DNA of 64,000 bases, from positions 3,778,565-3,842,564 of the forward strand of contig CM082598.2 of the NCBI GenBank assembly GCA_040954595.2, read 5' to 3'. The notes under the pieces are model-generated. The model saw nothing but the letters and a program-made list of their open reading frames with translations, did not search any database and had not been told where the DNA came from. Of this stretch, positions 26,564 through 39,722 are shown piece after piece (position 1 is the stretch's first letter; each line of letters starts with the position of its first letter). This DNA is from Balanoglossus misakiensis (taxonomy: Eukaryota; Animalia; Hemichordata). The position numbers and the translations under genes were made by a program.

Positions 26564-29500
26564 ATGGTGGATCCCTACGAAGTCAACCTCCACGTCTTCG
26601 ACAAGGAGGAGACGGGCATCGAAGACTTGATCCCGGAGCAGATCGCCTACCGGGACCGGGAGATTCCGGCGCTGCTGGGCATCAAGATCGTGGCGCCGAT
26701 CTGCCTCACCATCGTCATGTTCGGCGTGGGCTGCAACTTCAACTTCAAGGACAGCAAGGAGAGGATGAGGAAGCCGGTGTCGGCCATCGTCGCCGGGATG
26801 TGTCAGTTCGCCCTCATGCCGTTGCTAGGCTTCTCCTGCATCTACATCTTCGGTATCCATGAGTACATCTACCTCGCCGGGGGAACCATTCTTCTGGCGT
26901 GCAGTCCCGGAGCTCTTGTCTCCATCTACTTCACACTCATGGTCCACGGAGATTTCATATTAAGGTGAGTACAATTTTCCTGTTTTTAATCATTATATTC
27001 TAATCTTTATTTCGGACTCATGGTCCATATAACAGACAGAAAGATTTGGCGATAAAAATGAACACACACAGCTAGGTAATTGCCTATACAAAAAGCAGCG
27101 TATTCCATTACCTTATCGTTACAGAGTTTAAGTTTAATGTGTCATACACAGTATTTAAAATTCAATAAATCTCTGAATAATCTTTTGACAGCACTCTAAA
27201 TTCTAATGCATCACAGTACACATATAACCCATATGTAAAAAACAGCCATAGAAATATCTGTATTCCTATGAATATGCTCACACACGTGTATTTATTCATA
27301 CCGCTATCACGTGACGTATTCCTGTGTGCCTGTTTCCCATGGAACACTGCAGTAGTCTGCATGTAATTTTTTTTATTCCCAAGTTTTACCATCGCACGTA
27401 AAGGGAATTGTGTTACCTTCCACATAATTAATGCCCTGTTATGAAATACATTTTCTTGTTTTACTCATCCCCTTCCCCAAGGATCATGTGTTGAACCTCC
27501 CAGTATACGCGTGCGCACTGTATATGGTCCAGAACACCAACGCACAGGGCGCCCTCACACGGCTTACTCATGATAAAAATTATCTCAACCTTACCGTTTT
27601 TACAGACAAGGGGAAATTAAACTTTTTGTTGGTGCCCTAACATAGACAAAGTTTCTTTAACAACTTTGTCAATACCAGTAAACACTAACCTTCCGGACCA
27701 TCACATTCAAACTTCTCGATGATGCTGTATTTGACCGACGCCATATCATGTACGCGAGCGGACACGAATATGACAGACCTTAAAGCCACAGTATTTCTCG
27801 TAGGGGCAAAATTTTGTTTGAAACGGCATCTATAATTTCTAAAAGTAGATGATAATTGATACTGAATCGAACAGTCATCATCCCCAGCTCTGCTGATAAA
27901 CTCATACAATTTACAATATAACGAGTGAAGAATGACTTTCTGTCCGGACAGAAAGTCACGTGAGTCAGGCTAATGTTGACACACGTGACTAGTGCGCATG
28001 CGCACTCAAATGTGAATCTATGCGGAAGAGGTTTGGTCGCCCCAAATCAAGCGACTCAGCGAAGAAATGCGCACTAATTCGGCGAAATTTTGGGAAGATA
28101 ACTTTATGGGAGAAATCAGTCGATGGAACCAGATCAAATCCGAAAATGGTCTGACCATCAAAATGTCAAAGTGGCACGTTTGCTGATCGACATGTACAAC
28201 ATTTCCGTTGTAAACAAACCCGCGCATCATTTCAAGTGTTACGGGCGATATTTTCGGCTTGCATGTAGCTACAATTCCCCAAACCTTTCTTACATCTTCA
28301 TTATATAGTATTCCATGATGGATGTACTGGAAAAACGGGCTTTTTCGATGATGAAAAATGGATTCTGCGCGCGATCTTTGCGACAGAGAAGTTTTATAAA
28401 AGAGATGCGATGTATTCTGCGGCATGCGAGGAACAGTCCCTTAAAACCACTTTAGGGTTTGGTCCTTTTTATAGGCACGTGACAACCGCGTGGTCGACTA
28501 TGGTTGGGCCCTACTCAGTCACGTGGTAGTTTTGAGTCCCTGATTCTCCGTTCCTGTTATTGCCTTCCTCACACAGTTCCAGCATGACGACGGCACTGTC
28601 AGTTCTTGCGCTCGGAATTACGCCCCTCTGTGTGTTCGTCTATGGACAGGCGTGGCAGAGCCGTCTTAGTTTCGTTCACTATGGCTACCTCGTGCTCGTG
28701 ATCGCCGTCATGTTGGTGCCGCTGCTCTTCGGTGCGATTTTACGGGCGAAGCTCGGAAAGAAGATGGAGACCGTCGCCAAGGTAACGTAGCTCGATTCAA
28801 GGGGAGACTGTCGTCGGAACTGCGCATGTGCGATTTTGCGCCCATTTGATGGCACGGCTATTTTATGGTTCTTGTTGCCGCGGTACAGTCAATTGGAAAA
28901 GTCGCGTATGCACAGTTCCGACGATACTTGTCGACTAATTCGGTAGTTGTATCTTCAGCAATACTAATTTTCACAAAGCATTACATTTCTTGTTTCTACA
29001 GTACATGTTCTTGTACTTACTCTGAAGCATATAATATTTATATATGCAGAAAATTTGTCTCAGCCATACCGCATTTTATGGATACACCCAAATATATTAT
29101 CCTACCTATGGACCAACCAATACCCACCTACACTTCAAACACCCACTTTCATTCACTCGCCTTTCCTCCACACATTCGTTCATTCCTCACACACACAAAA
29201 AACTGTACATACGTTTACCCACCGACGTATCTACCCGTTCACCTATAACCACTGCTTCGTCCACAGGCGTAACCTTTGACCTTTGCTCTTCTTCAGCTCC
29301 GTCTGGCCATCCGCTTCTGAGACTCAGGGTTGCCATGGCAATAAGCACTGCGGAGAACGTAAACAGCTCTAATCGACACAGCCTTCTAAAACTTACAATT
29401 TGCTAACCCTACACGACACGACACTATAATACCGCATCTAGAAAATATTAACACAAATTTAAAGACTTAAAATTTCAACAGCAACATGCAGTCAAATTTG

Positions 29501-30948
29501 TCCACAAGAAATTCTGTTACCACCGGTCTGTAACTTAAGTATTAAATTGCTAATGATATAGTCCCCTTATAAAATCAACAGAAAATAAAAAATATTGTAC
29601 AATGGCAGTTTCATTTTATTCCATGTTTCGTCATGTGACCTGTCTGGCCAATGTATGTCACGTATCGTCGTTCAAGACAAAAATCTGTTCTAACCGCACT
29701 CTAAACAATTCTGTAAACTATAAGTGCACCTGTTTTTTTGTTTTTCCCCAACAGTTCTTGTACCCGGTTGCATTGCTGCTGGCTGTCGGTTACATTGTGA
29801 TCACGATCATCTGTGATCCACAGCTGTTCTTTTCAAGCTGGCGTCCGTGGGTCTGCGCCTGGCTCTACTCCTTCCTGGCTCTGGTCATCGGCTACTTCGG
29901 CGGATTTGTCGCCTGCCTGACTCACTCGGAGTGCCGCACCGTCGCCTACGAGGCCGGCTGTCAGAACGTCCCGCTGGCCGTCACCGCCGTGGCGCTGACG
30001 CTGTTCGTTCGCGACGGCATCGTCCTGCAGATGATGATATTCCCGGTGTTGTACGAGATCTTCTTGTTCATCAACTGCCTGGCCTTCGTCGGGCTGTACC
30101 GCTGCTGCATGAGCTTCCGGCTGCCGAAGCAGGACGACACCAAGAGAATTGTCAGGACGCCCTCGACGTCGACGGTGCGGACCGTGGGCTCCGGGATGAC
30201 GTCAGCTACAGGGGTCTCCACTCCTGGCTCCATAACAACGTCCCTCCCTCCCGGCTCGTACGTGAACTACGCCCTGGACTTGAACAACTCATACAACAAG
30301 TCGTTCGCGCCCGTGGTCAAGTTCGATCCGGACACCCAGGACATCGGAAACAAGTACGGCCACCAGACGGTCCAGACTCCCGACGGGGACGATGGCGGGT
30401 TCGGGGAGCGGGAGGAAAAGGTCATCGTCCCTAGGAAGTATCGGGGCCGGAACAACGCCGAGCGGGAAGGCGTTGAAATGGAAGCCGCTTCCCCGCAGAA
30501 GACGCGGCAAGAAGAGGGCGACTCAACACCGGTGAAAAGGGGGAACATGCCGCAACCGCTGAGCGAATCAACTCCAGCAAGACCGCCCCTTCCGCGGGAG
30601 AACCTGTACAGCCGACAGCCGGGCTACACAAACTTCGCCATGGACGAACCTGAAGACACCAGACCGGCCTACTCGCCTCGTTCGTACGACGAAAGACCTC
30701 CTGAGCGACCGCCCCTCCCGCGGGACTACAGCCTCGAGCCGAAGTACGACATTCCCGACCACGCACCCAAACACCAAGTCGTTCTCGATCCAAGGCGGGA
30801 CATTCACTCCGCGGGCAACTACCCTGACCGTCGTCAACAACCCAGTCGTTCGCGCGGGAATCCTGCATCCGGGTACCAGCAGGACGACAGGCGAAGACCT
30901 CCACAACCCAACGGTGAACGACCTCCAGAAATTGAATCCGAAGTTTAA
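26564..30948 (+). CDS. SLC10 family Na+/bile acid (steroid sulfate) cotransporter, isoform A (exons 1+2a+3a), ~599 aa
   Basis: Exons 26564-26964, 28577-28781, 29755-30948 (GT-AG, phases 2,0). SBF-family motifs: IVMFGVGC, GMCQFALMPLLGF, LACSPGA, GDFILSSSMTT, YEAGCQNVPLA. An in-frame TAG at 26552 fixes the ATG. Long Pro-rich C-tail. Confidence 0.88.
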
Positions 30949-33461
30949 AAAACAAAACATAAAACTGCCACCAATCATCAAAAATACGAAAATTCTGACT
31001 ATATCCTCATTTCAGAAGCCATGGCGCGTGAGGACTCCTTCAACGGGGAGAATGGCGATGATTGGAAAGTATCGGAACGACAAAAGCAGCAGTGGAAATG
31101 ACATACATCACACAAGCAAACAAAAATATCCCGATTCGTAAAAGTCCGAAGCCTGCATGTGTTAAAATATGACAGTACAGAGAAGCGTGTTCACCAATCA
31201 AATCTCTGAACACTACGTTCTCTCACCGGAGAACAGTACAAACAGTAAAAAGACCTACGATTATACAAAACCACCGCTTTCAGGAGGAGGTATCGCATCG
31301 GTGTAACTGGTAATACCATTCTCGAAACTTTTCAAAATGGACCCGTCTTGACATGCGCAGAATTGACATGCGCAGTGTCATATTATTGCAATAGAGCACA
31401 TCCCACCCCATATGTCTTATTCTGACACCAAATTACAACAGTTTTGTTATTAGAATAGACAAGTGGGTACATCAGCATGAATTAATGTTCAACAATAATA
31501 TAGAATAAAATACAAACAAATCACAGGAAGTTTAAATACAGGCTAGGTCTCTTGCGCTGAGTTCGTTATATTTTTTAAATCGGCCATGTATGTTGTTTGC
31601 GTCATTGAATAATTTTTATATAAGAAAATGTGGAAAATCTCTCTCATGACCTATGACCTACCTATAAGTAGGAACAGTGAAATTTTGTAAATTCGGCGGT
31701 GTGTCCTATTTTTTCGAACTGCCGTGCCTTTGTGTTGAAACTAGAACATTATTCTCTGAAGTCAATCATAGAACATTTTGTTATTTTCTACTATACTCAA
31801 CTAACCTGTACAAATTCGTCAATAGACAGTATTATTGACCTCAAAATTGACAGTAGAATTATGGGTAAATGTTTTTTTTTTTTTTGGCGTTTTCATCTGG
31901 CATGTAGGCCTAAGCTTACCACATCTTGTTTCCGATGGAATGTACTATTTTGTTCGAGAAACGTGCAGATATTTATCTTTTGCGATAAACATATAAAGAA
32001 AACTTATAGTGTGTAGATATATTATATTTTAACCTATAGAGCGATTCTACGGTATATTGGATTTCTCAAGCCAGTGGTTTTAAACACACGTGAATTTGTA
32101 CACCATTTGCACCATAGAGGACGCGTGTTGCTCGGTTGCTAGGGCAACAACTAAAGATTTAGGGTAGGGATGTTACTAACACGAAGAATTATTCATCTCA
32201 ACGTTTATTTTCATTTAATATCAAGTTCAATTTTTTGTATAATTTTGTTACTTTTCGCCAAACTCATTAACACCTAACTCCAACTTATATTCATGAGACA
32301 CCCTTATCCTAGATAAGATTTTTATTTCAGTATTTACGAGGTTTAGGTAAATCATACCACTTTCGAATGGTTGAAACTATCCGTGTGTCTCACGTCTGAC
32401 TATCCACCAAGCATGGTGAAAATTGTATGGATATTTCGTTAACATTTAATTTCATTTATTGGGTATTTCAATAAAGAAATAATATAAACAAAAAAGTATA
32501 TGAGTTTGTTACTGGGACGCAGGGAAATATTGCTTTGGGGATCCTGACAATAAAAATGTACTTAATTCACTGACCATCGTCTGTATGTGGCAAGATGTGT
32601 TTCGAGTCCGGACGCACATTTGCTTTTACAATAGCAACGACACCATCAGTTTTCCAGGTTCGTTTTCAAACTATTCTTCGCATGACCGTTACGTAGACCC
32701 AGTTTTTTCTGCATGTGATGCATGCAGCACAGTCAAATTGACAAGTATGTAACTTGTAGAGTATGTTTGTGCATAATGAGCAGTTTCTTGTTCGAATCCA
32801 TCAAGTAAGGTGAAAAGCTAAGTGCATATTTTATCAAGACAGACCATGTGTATACAATCAGCTCGTAAGCTGATGCAAACTCTGGACACGTATACAGGCC
32901 ATTACAAGCAAAATAGACGGACATTTTGCATGATATGGGGAGTAGAACAGGAAACTGCTATGAATGATGCAGAACACATGGACTGCAAAATATCCATGTG
33001 GCATTGGAGCCCTAGTACAATATAGAATCCGTATGTTAGAGTATATAGAATTGAGTGTCGAGTATAGTATATGGCGCCAACTGTCTCACAGTTGTAAACT
33101 ACTGCATTCCTGCCTGTTACAGAATAGGTGGTGTTATTTGGAGATGGGTGTCGTTTCAGCTGACTGTTGTCAGTTCTTCGGCAATGCATGCGGAGATCAT
33201 GCAACAACTTCCAATATTGTCTCACTGCATCACCAACATTATTTGCATGAAAATGCTGGATATATCCCTGCATGCAAACCCCCGGGGTCCAATTTCGGTC
33301 CATCCCTTCCCCTAGTTACCAACTTAAATGTAACTACACAAAGAATCAGGTGGTTTATAATTTTTGTGGTGAAGACATTGAAATCAACTGATGACTGATT
33401 GGCGCCGCTCCGATTCACCACGTGGTCTTTAAACCCCATCGTGCTTTATTTCTCTTCACAG

Positions 33462-33740
33462 TGTTGCCACGACGGCCATCTTCTCGGTGCTGGCTATTGG
33501 CCTGACTCCGTTCTGCGTGTTCATCTTCGGCCAGTCGTGGCACAACGGCCTGACTTTTCTCCACTATGGTTACATCGCCCTGGTGCTCACGCTCATGGTC
33601 GTGCCGCTCCTGTTTGGCGCCGTTTTGAGGTCGACGGTCGGCGAGAAAATAGAGACTGTTTCCAAGGTAACGAAGTTTACTATGATAACTAAAATATGGC
33701 GGCAGTAATGACACGGTTTTTGAGTGCGTGTGGTCGTTTA

Positions 33741-33839
<99 letters not shown>

Positions 33840-33847
33840 GGTGATGG

Positions 33848-33933
<86 letters not shown>

Positions 33934-35105
33934 ATGATGATGATGATGACTCTCTTGTCTTTCCCCAGTTTCTGTTACCCTTGGCAGCGCTCTTGGTCAT
34001 CACTTACCTGGCCATCACCATCCTGTGCGACCAGCAGCTCTTCTTCTCCAGCTGGCGTCCGTTCGTTTGCGCCTGGGTGTACTCGCTACTCGCGCTGATC
34101 ATCGGCTACCTGGGCGCGTTCGTCGCTTGCCTGAGCCACCCCAAATGTCGCGCGGTTGCCTTGGAGACCACGTGCCAAAACGTGCCCCTGGTGCTGACCA
34201 TAGCCAGTCTGACTATCTTCACACGTGATGGGATTGCGCTACAGATGATGATTATGCCCGTGCTGTATGAAATATTCATGGTCGTCAACTGCCTGTTGTT
34301 CTACGGACTGTATCGCTGCTGCTCGAGTCTGCGCCCGCAGAAAGAGGACGACGTGGAGAGAATTATCGCCAGGCCCCCTCCCGTTCCCACCGTGTCCTCG
34401 GGGGTGACTAACCTAGGCCTCGGGTCGGCGTCTTCTGAGCCTCCTGTCGGTATCGTGAACTACGGCTTCGATGTGGGCAAAAACAAGAACAAGAACAAAC
34501 AGAAGTCGTCTGCCCCACCCCCGGCTGCGGCTGCCTCGAACAACAGGGCCAATGGAGAGCAGATTGGCCGGCGTCAAGATTTCGGTTTCGCTGATGACGA
34601 CGACGACGACGACGGGGGTTTTGTGGAGAGGTACGAGCAGGCGTTGCGGAGGAAGTACCGGGACCGTCCCACTCCCAAGCAGGAGCGTGCAGGTACCACT
34701 GTCGAGAACGGAACGCAAGACGTAGACTTCGCCGACTGGGGAGAGATGTCAAGCGAACGCCCGTCGCCCGCGTCTCAGTTCACCACTCCCGGTGAGAAGG
34801 GAGGAGGCTACGAGGTTGCTTCCAGGCCGGCGCAGACTCCGCGCTCGGCGTTCTTCAGCCAAACCCCCGCCAGACCGCCGCCCGCAAAGGAGTACCACCA
34901 CCAGTACGCCGTTCCCGACTTCACACCATCGTACCTCTCAACCCCGGACAGCGAAGACCGATACACGTACTCCAGCGACCAGCCGCCATCAACGGGATCC
35001 AGCAGCAGGTATTCCGCTGGACGCGCCCCACGCGGCGTCCTGCAGTATTACCACAGCGATAAACCCCGCTTCTCCCCAGCGGATACATCGGAATCAAAAC
35101 TCTAA
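33462..35105 (+). CDS. SLC10 transporter duplicated exon 2b+3b cassette (predicted isoform B spliced from shared exon 26564-26964, ~580 aa)
   Basis: Exon 33462-33666 is 205 nt, the same length and phases as 28577-28781. Exon 33969-35105 is paralogous to 29755-30948 (LFFSSWRPFVCAWVYS, LETTCQNVPL, LQMMIMPVLYEIF). Both ORFs are intact. No exon-1 paralog was seen in 30949-33461. Confidence 0.8.
33741..33948. repeat. (GAT)n trinucleotide microsatellite in the SLC10 intron between exons 2b and 3b
   Basis: Read directly from the sequence; a few GGT/TAT interruptions. Confidence 0.95.
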
Positions 35106-36712
35106 CCTGAAATACGATCCAATAATAAAAGTAGACAGATGTGCATTTAGGTATATATTATGCAAGTTGATTACTCGACACTTTGTAATCCAAAAGTCAT
35201 AAAAATACATTAACCACGAAAGCAATTCTTTAAAGGACTTTTTACTTGTCGAGATTCGAATTCTTTTACATTTTGTATTTTTTTATTATTATTTCAAGTA
35301 CTTGGTGGATTTTTTTCTGGTTTTCTATATTTCGGGTGGTTTGCAGTTACAGTGTTTACGAAATTATCAACCTGTGTGTTATTGTACATGTACAATGATA
35401 GGTTATTACTCACCTATTAGTGGTATTGATTTTAGATGGATTATTTTAAAATTTCTTATACGGTCTTAATGTCATTACAGATATCAATAGCCGGAAATAA
35501 GGAGATCTACATTATGCCTCGGTATTATATTTACTTGATATTTACTGATTTTATTCAATTATTTTAATTAATCGTGTGATCAACATTTTATTTTTCTACA
35601 TTATTGTACTGTATGCAAAACACGTATTCCAATGAGGGACTTTGTGACCAGTGTTTTATTTCGCTGTTGTATCTGACTTCAATGATATTATTTTCTTAAA
35701 ATTTTGTATCGCATATACAAATAACTTCTTTTTTTCTTTTATGAGAACATTTCTTTTAGACCTTCACATCGGAAATTACCTTTAATCTTGGTTATGCAAA
35801 GACGATAAATACAATCAATCTGTGTATACATTTTACAGTGCCAGATCTTTGTAATGTATATTAATAAATTTTGTATATCTTTAACAATGAATTGCATACC
35901 AATAAATTATATAATCAGAAATTATATACCTGGAATTGTAAATACATTTTTTCGGTGTAGCTGTTACCAACACGAGATCCATACGTTTGGTGGCGCTGTA
36001 CATGACAGGAGCAGAGGTTATTAAAGGAACGTTGGAATGATCAAAGTGTCCTTAACAGACCAGTATCTGAAATAAACAGGTAAATTTTTATTCAAATAGT
36101 TAGTTAGTTAGTAACTGCTGACGGACACACCCATCTGTTTTAAGTGGAATGTGATACATTTATACTGTAGTATACTTATCTATGCTCATGATATAACCGT
36201 TGTATGTAGGTCGGTTTTACACCAATTATGGAGAAATTAGGTCAGTGTTTTCAGAGGTCGCAACGCAGTGTTTGGAAAGACCCCAAAAGGAAAAGGTAAG
36301 TAGGCTTCCGTAGGGCTTGGGAGAAAGTTGAAAATATACTACATGCATTTGAAATGAAGGTGAACTCAGTCAGAGGAGAATCTTGTATGCACTGGTCATA
36401 ATGGAGGCGAGGTTAAGGCCACACCCCAAGGATACACACCCAAACCACGGTATCTTCGAGTTCGAAGTTCCCGTGGTGCAAACAGGTGATGTTTGTGTGT
36501 GACAACTTAGAGACAATGGATTGTGGGAGAATGAAGGCCACATCAAGGTAAGCAGATAACACATATCACGCCATTGTTATGCGTCATCGTGTAAAGTATC
36601 CCATCAACATTCCCGTCCCAGATAGTGAGCGTGATGTACAACCCATTTCCGACAGGTGTACATTTGTGTACGCAATCTTGTCTGCGCATCTGCGTCATGT
36701 CTGTCTGCCTGC

Positions 36713-36845
<133 letters not shown>

Positions 36846-37491
36846 GACAATTATACGGTGGTTATTTTGGCAAAAGTGAAAATATTTTTATACATTTGAA
36901 GTACATTACGACCATGATTTCCAATAAAACGAACATCTTAGCAATAACCTACATAATAAACATCAAATTCTGCATCAAAACGTCCCGAAACTACGTGATC
37001 AGACACTCGAGTCACGCCCATTTCGTGTGGCTGTGTAAATGGTTTGAGATCGCGATTAAGCTTATGGATAATGTGTCATACTCTCCAAACATTTTATAAA
37101 ATAGCCAACAACGAAAGCGAAATGACGACGAAACAAGGGGTCTCATCGGCCATGTTCTAATTTTGTAAAAATGCGTTTGTCAGTGGACAACCTGGATTAC
37201 AACCGCGGCGTATATACTGTTGACTGTTTTGAAAAGCAGCGAATAAAGTCCCTGAATATTCCGGACATAATCATTATCTGGTAGCTTAAATTCAGAAGTG
37301 TTTTTGCCATGCATATACCAGTTGTGACGATCTCATAAAAGTTACAATTCTTAACATCATTTCTCATTTTTCGGGGAAGATTATCCTCTTGGCTCGATAC
37401 ATCCCAGGATTAATTGAGATACTTTTCATAGATTTGATATGAGGGTTTGCTTGTGATATTTATATGAAAGCAAAAGTTCACGATTTTAGGT

Positions 37492-39722
37492 TCAATACGG
37501 ATTCAGAGGAACCTGGTCATCGCGTCTGCGCCTGTTTCTCCGCATGATGACGACAGCGGCAACCAAGGCGACGGCGATAACCGCCAGACAAACGGAAGCC
37601 AGGAACAGGCCGTACAGCGCAGACTCAGCCTCGTCCGCGTCGAGGTTCAGAAGCGTGATGGGTGCACCTTGTTGGGCCGGCTGCAGGACGTCGCAGGAGT
37701 TGTAGTTGTGGATCGGCTCTACGTAGTCCAGCCAGAAGGCGACGTCATTGGCCCGGATGTTCTCCTGGGTGTAGTACGGCGCCGTCATGTTGACGGTGAA
37801 GAAGACGAATTTCTGGAGGTCGTTGTCGAAGACGGGCCACGCCTCCGGAACCGCTTCTGGCAGATTGGGATCACTGCGAAGTCGAGAAAGAGAAAGTTGG
37901 ACTACATTCTAATTCCTAGGGCCTATGTGTAGCGATGGACCGGTCAATATGTGTATAACCAGCATTGAAATTGTTGAAATTTGAATTCAAGTCCGGACCA
38001 GAATTCTTTTGTCCACAATAACAATTGTCCTTACACATGCATATGGAGGCTATGACAAAAAGTACCACCAGGAATTTTAGCATTATACAAGGTGTACAAT
38101 GCTGAGAAACTTTAGCTGATATATAGAACCAAAAATACTGAAAAATAGCCAAAAATATGTTTCTTTGAGTGATTTAAGTAAAAAATTAAACTAGTTATGA
38201 AATACATGTGTTTTATTTACCCAGACTTCGCGAAGTTCGTCCAGTACGTCGCCATTTTGTATGAGAGCTCCTTCTCGTAGCTCGGGGTCGTGATGTTCTC
38301 TAGTGGTCCAAAACCAGACACCAGGACGTTGCCGAACATGAACATGATCTCAATGGCGTGCTCGGCTCCGTCTATGTAGTCCGGACCGGTGTAGAACGAC
38401 GGGCGGTAGTCAAAGTAGTAATGGTACGAGGTGGTCGTCGGCTGGGGCGGAAGGACGCCGCGGGAGGAGTGCGCACGCAGGGTCTGTACGGCGGGGGCCA
38501 GGAACGTGATGTCGTTCATGAACCAGCGGTAGTTGTCGAGGCGGACGGCGCCGTCGTCCGGGCGGAACCAGTCCTTGTACTGGTACAGGGAGGCGTCGAT
38601 GATGGGTTCTTCGTTCTGCTCGTACATGAGCTGGACTTGGGCGACGACCAGGCCGTTGAAGACCGCCTGCGTCATGTCGCCGTCGTTGAGAGACGGCATC
38701 GCGGTGGTTATGACGCCCGCCTCCCAGCTGAGAGTGCCGGCCATGTAGTTGTAGTTCTGGAACTTCTCGTCTGCTTTGATCCCCTCCATGCTGGGGATGA
38801 TGTCGCCGTCCTCGACTGGGTAGGTGACGGTGCCCCCCTGCGCCTCGATGAGGTCCTCCCAGGTCTGCGCCCGGAAGCAGTCGAGCAGCTCGGCGTGGTT
38901 CGTCAGATCGGGGTTGGTGGTGGTGTTGCAGCCCAGCTCGTAGCCCATCTGGTAGGCGAAGTCGGTGGCTTTCTCCACGGGGATGACGAACCCCGGGTGG
39001 AGGCACCCGCTCTGCGAGATGACGTTCTTGAACCCGCTGGCCTTCGGGGAGTGCGCCAGTATGCCGGTGCTGATCCCGCCGGCCGACTCGCCGAAGATGG
39101 TCACCTGGGTCGGGTCGCCGCCGAACCCGGCGATGTTCTCCTGCACCCACTGCAGCGACAGGATCTGATCGTGGAGTCCGAAGTTACCCGGGGCGTAGGC
39201 ATCCCCGGTGCTGAGGAACCCGAACGTGCCCAGGCGGTAGTTGATAGTGACCACGATGACGTCGAAGAAACCCGAGAGAACGGAGCTCTCGTACAGCATG
39301 CCCTGGCCGTAGACGAACGACCCCCCGTGGATCCACACCATGACCGGGTAAGTCTTGGTCGGCGGGAAAGTGTGCCCGGGGACATAGACGTTCAGCAGGA
39401 GACAGTCCTCGCTGATGTCTTCATTGGGAAGGGCGTTCGCCATCCAGGACGGGTAGCCGGTCAGGTTCTGCGGGCAAGAGGGCCCGAACACCGTGGCGTC
39501 GTAGACGGCCGGCGCCCACGGGGCGACTTCCAACGGCAACGCGAAACGCAGGTCGCCTACCGGCGCCTCGCCGTAGCGTATCCCTCGAAAATAGGTGACG
39601 TTTACCTCGTCGACGGTGGAATACAAGCCACGAACTTGCCCGTACTTGGTGTCGGCTATCGGGTCCTGGGCGCTGACCAGGCCCAGACACACGACGAGAA
39701 AAATCGCAAAAGATGCTGCCAT
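37492..39722 (-). CDS. Type-B carboxylesterase/cholinesterase-family hydrolase with signal peptide and C-terminal transmembrane anchor, 2 coding exons, ~627 aa
   Basis: Exons 39722-38221 and 37873-37492 (phase 2, NFAKSG|DPN). Signal peptide MAASFAIFLVVCLGLVSA; motifs SEDCLLLNVY, WIHGGSF, NYRLG, catalytic GESAG, Glu in SWEAG, His in GAEHAIEI. TM segment LYGLFLASVCLAVIAVALVAAVVIM followed by RRNRRRR. Confidence 0.92.

Noticed and set aside
27900-28445. Short ORFs and the palindrome TGACTTTCTGTCCGGACAGAAAGTCA in SLC10 intron 1
   Set aside because: Looks like non-autonomous transposon debris; no protein family recognisable.
33742-34098. Poly-Met ORF
   Set aside because: Translation of the (GAT)n microsatellite in another frame.
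36350-36550. Coding-like fragment ending in an AAG|GTAAGC donor
   Set aside because: Internal stop, no identifiable homology and no partner exons.
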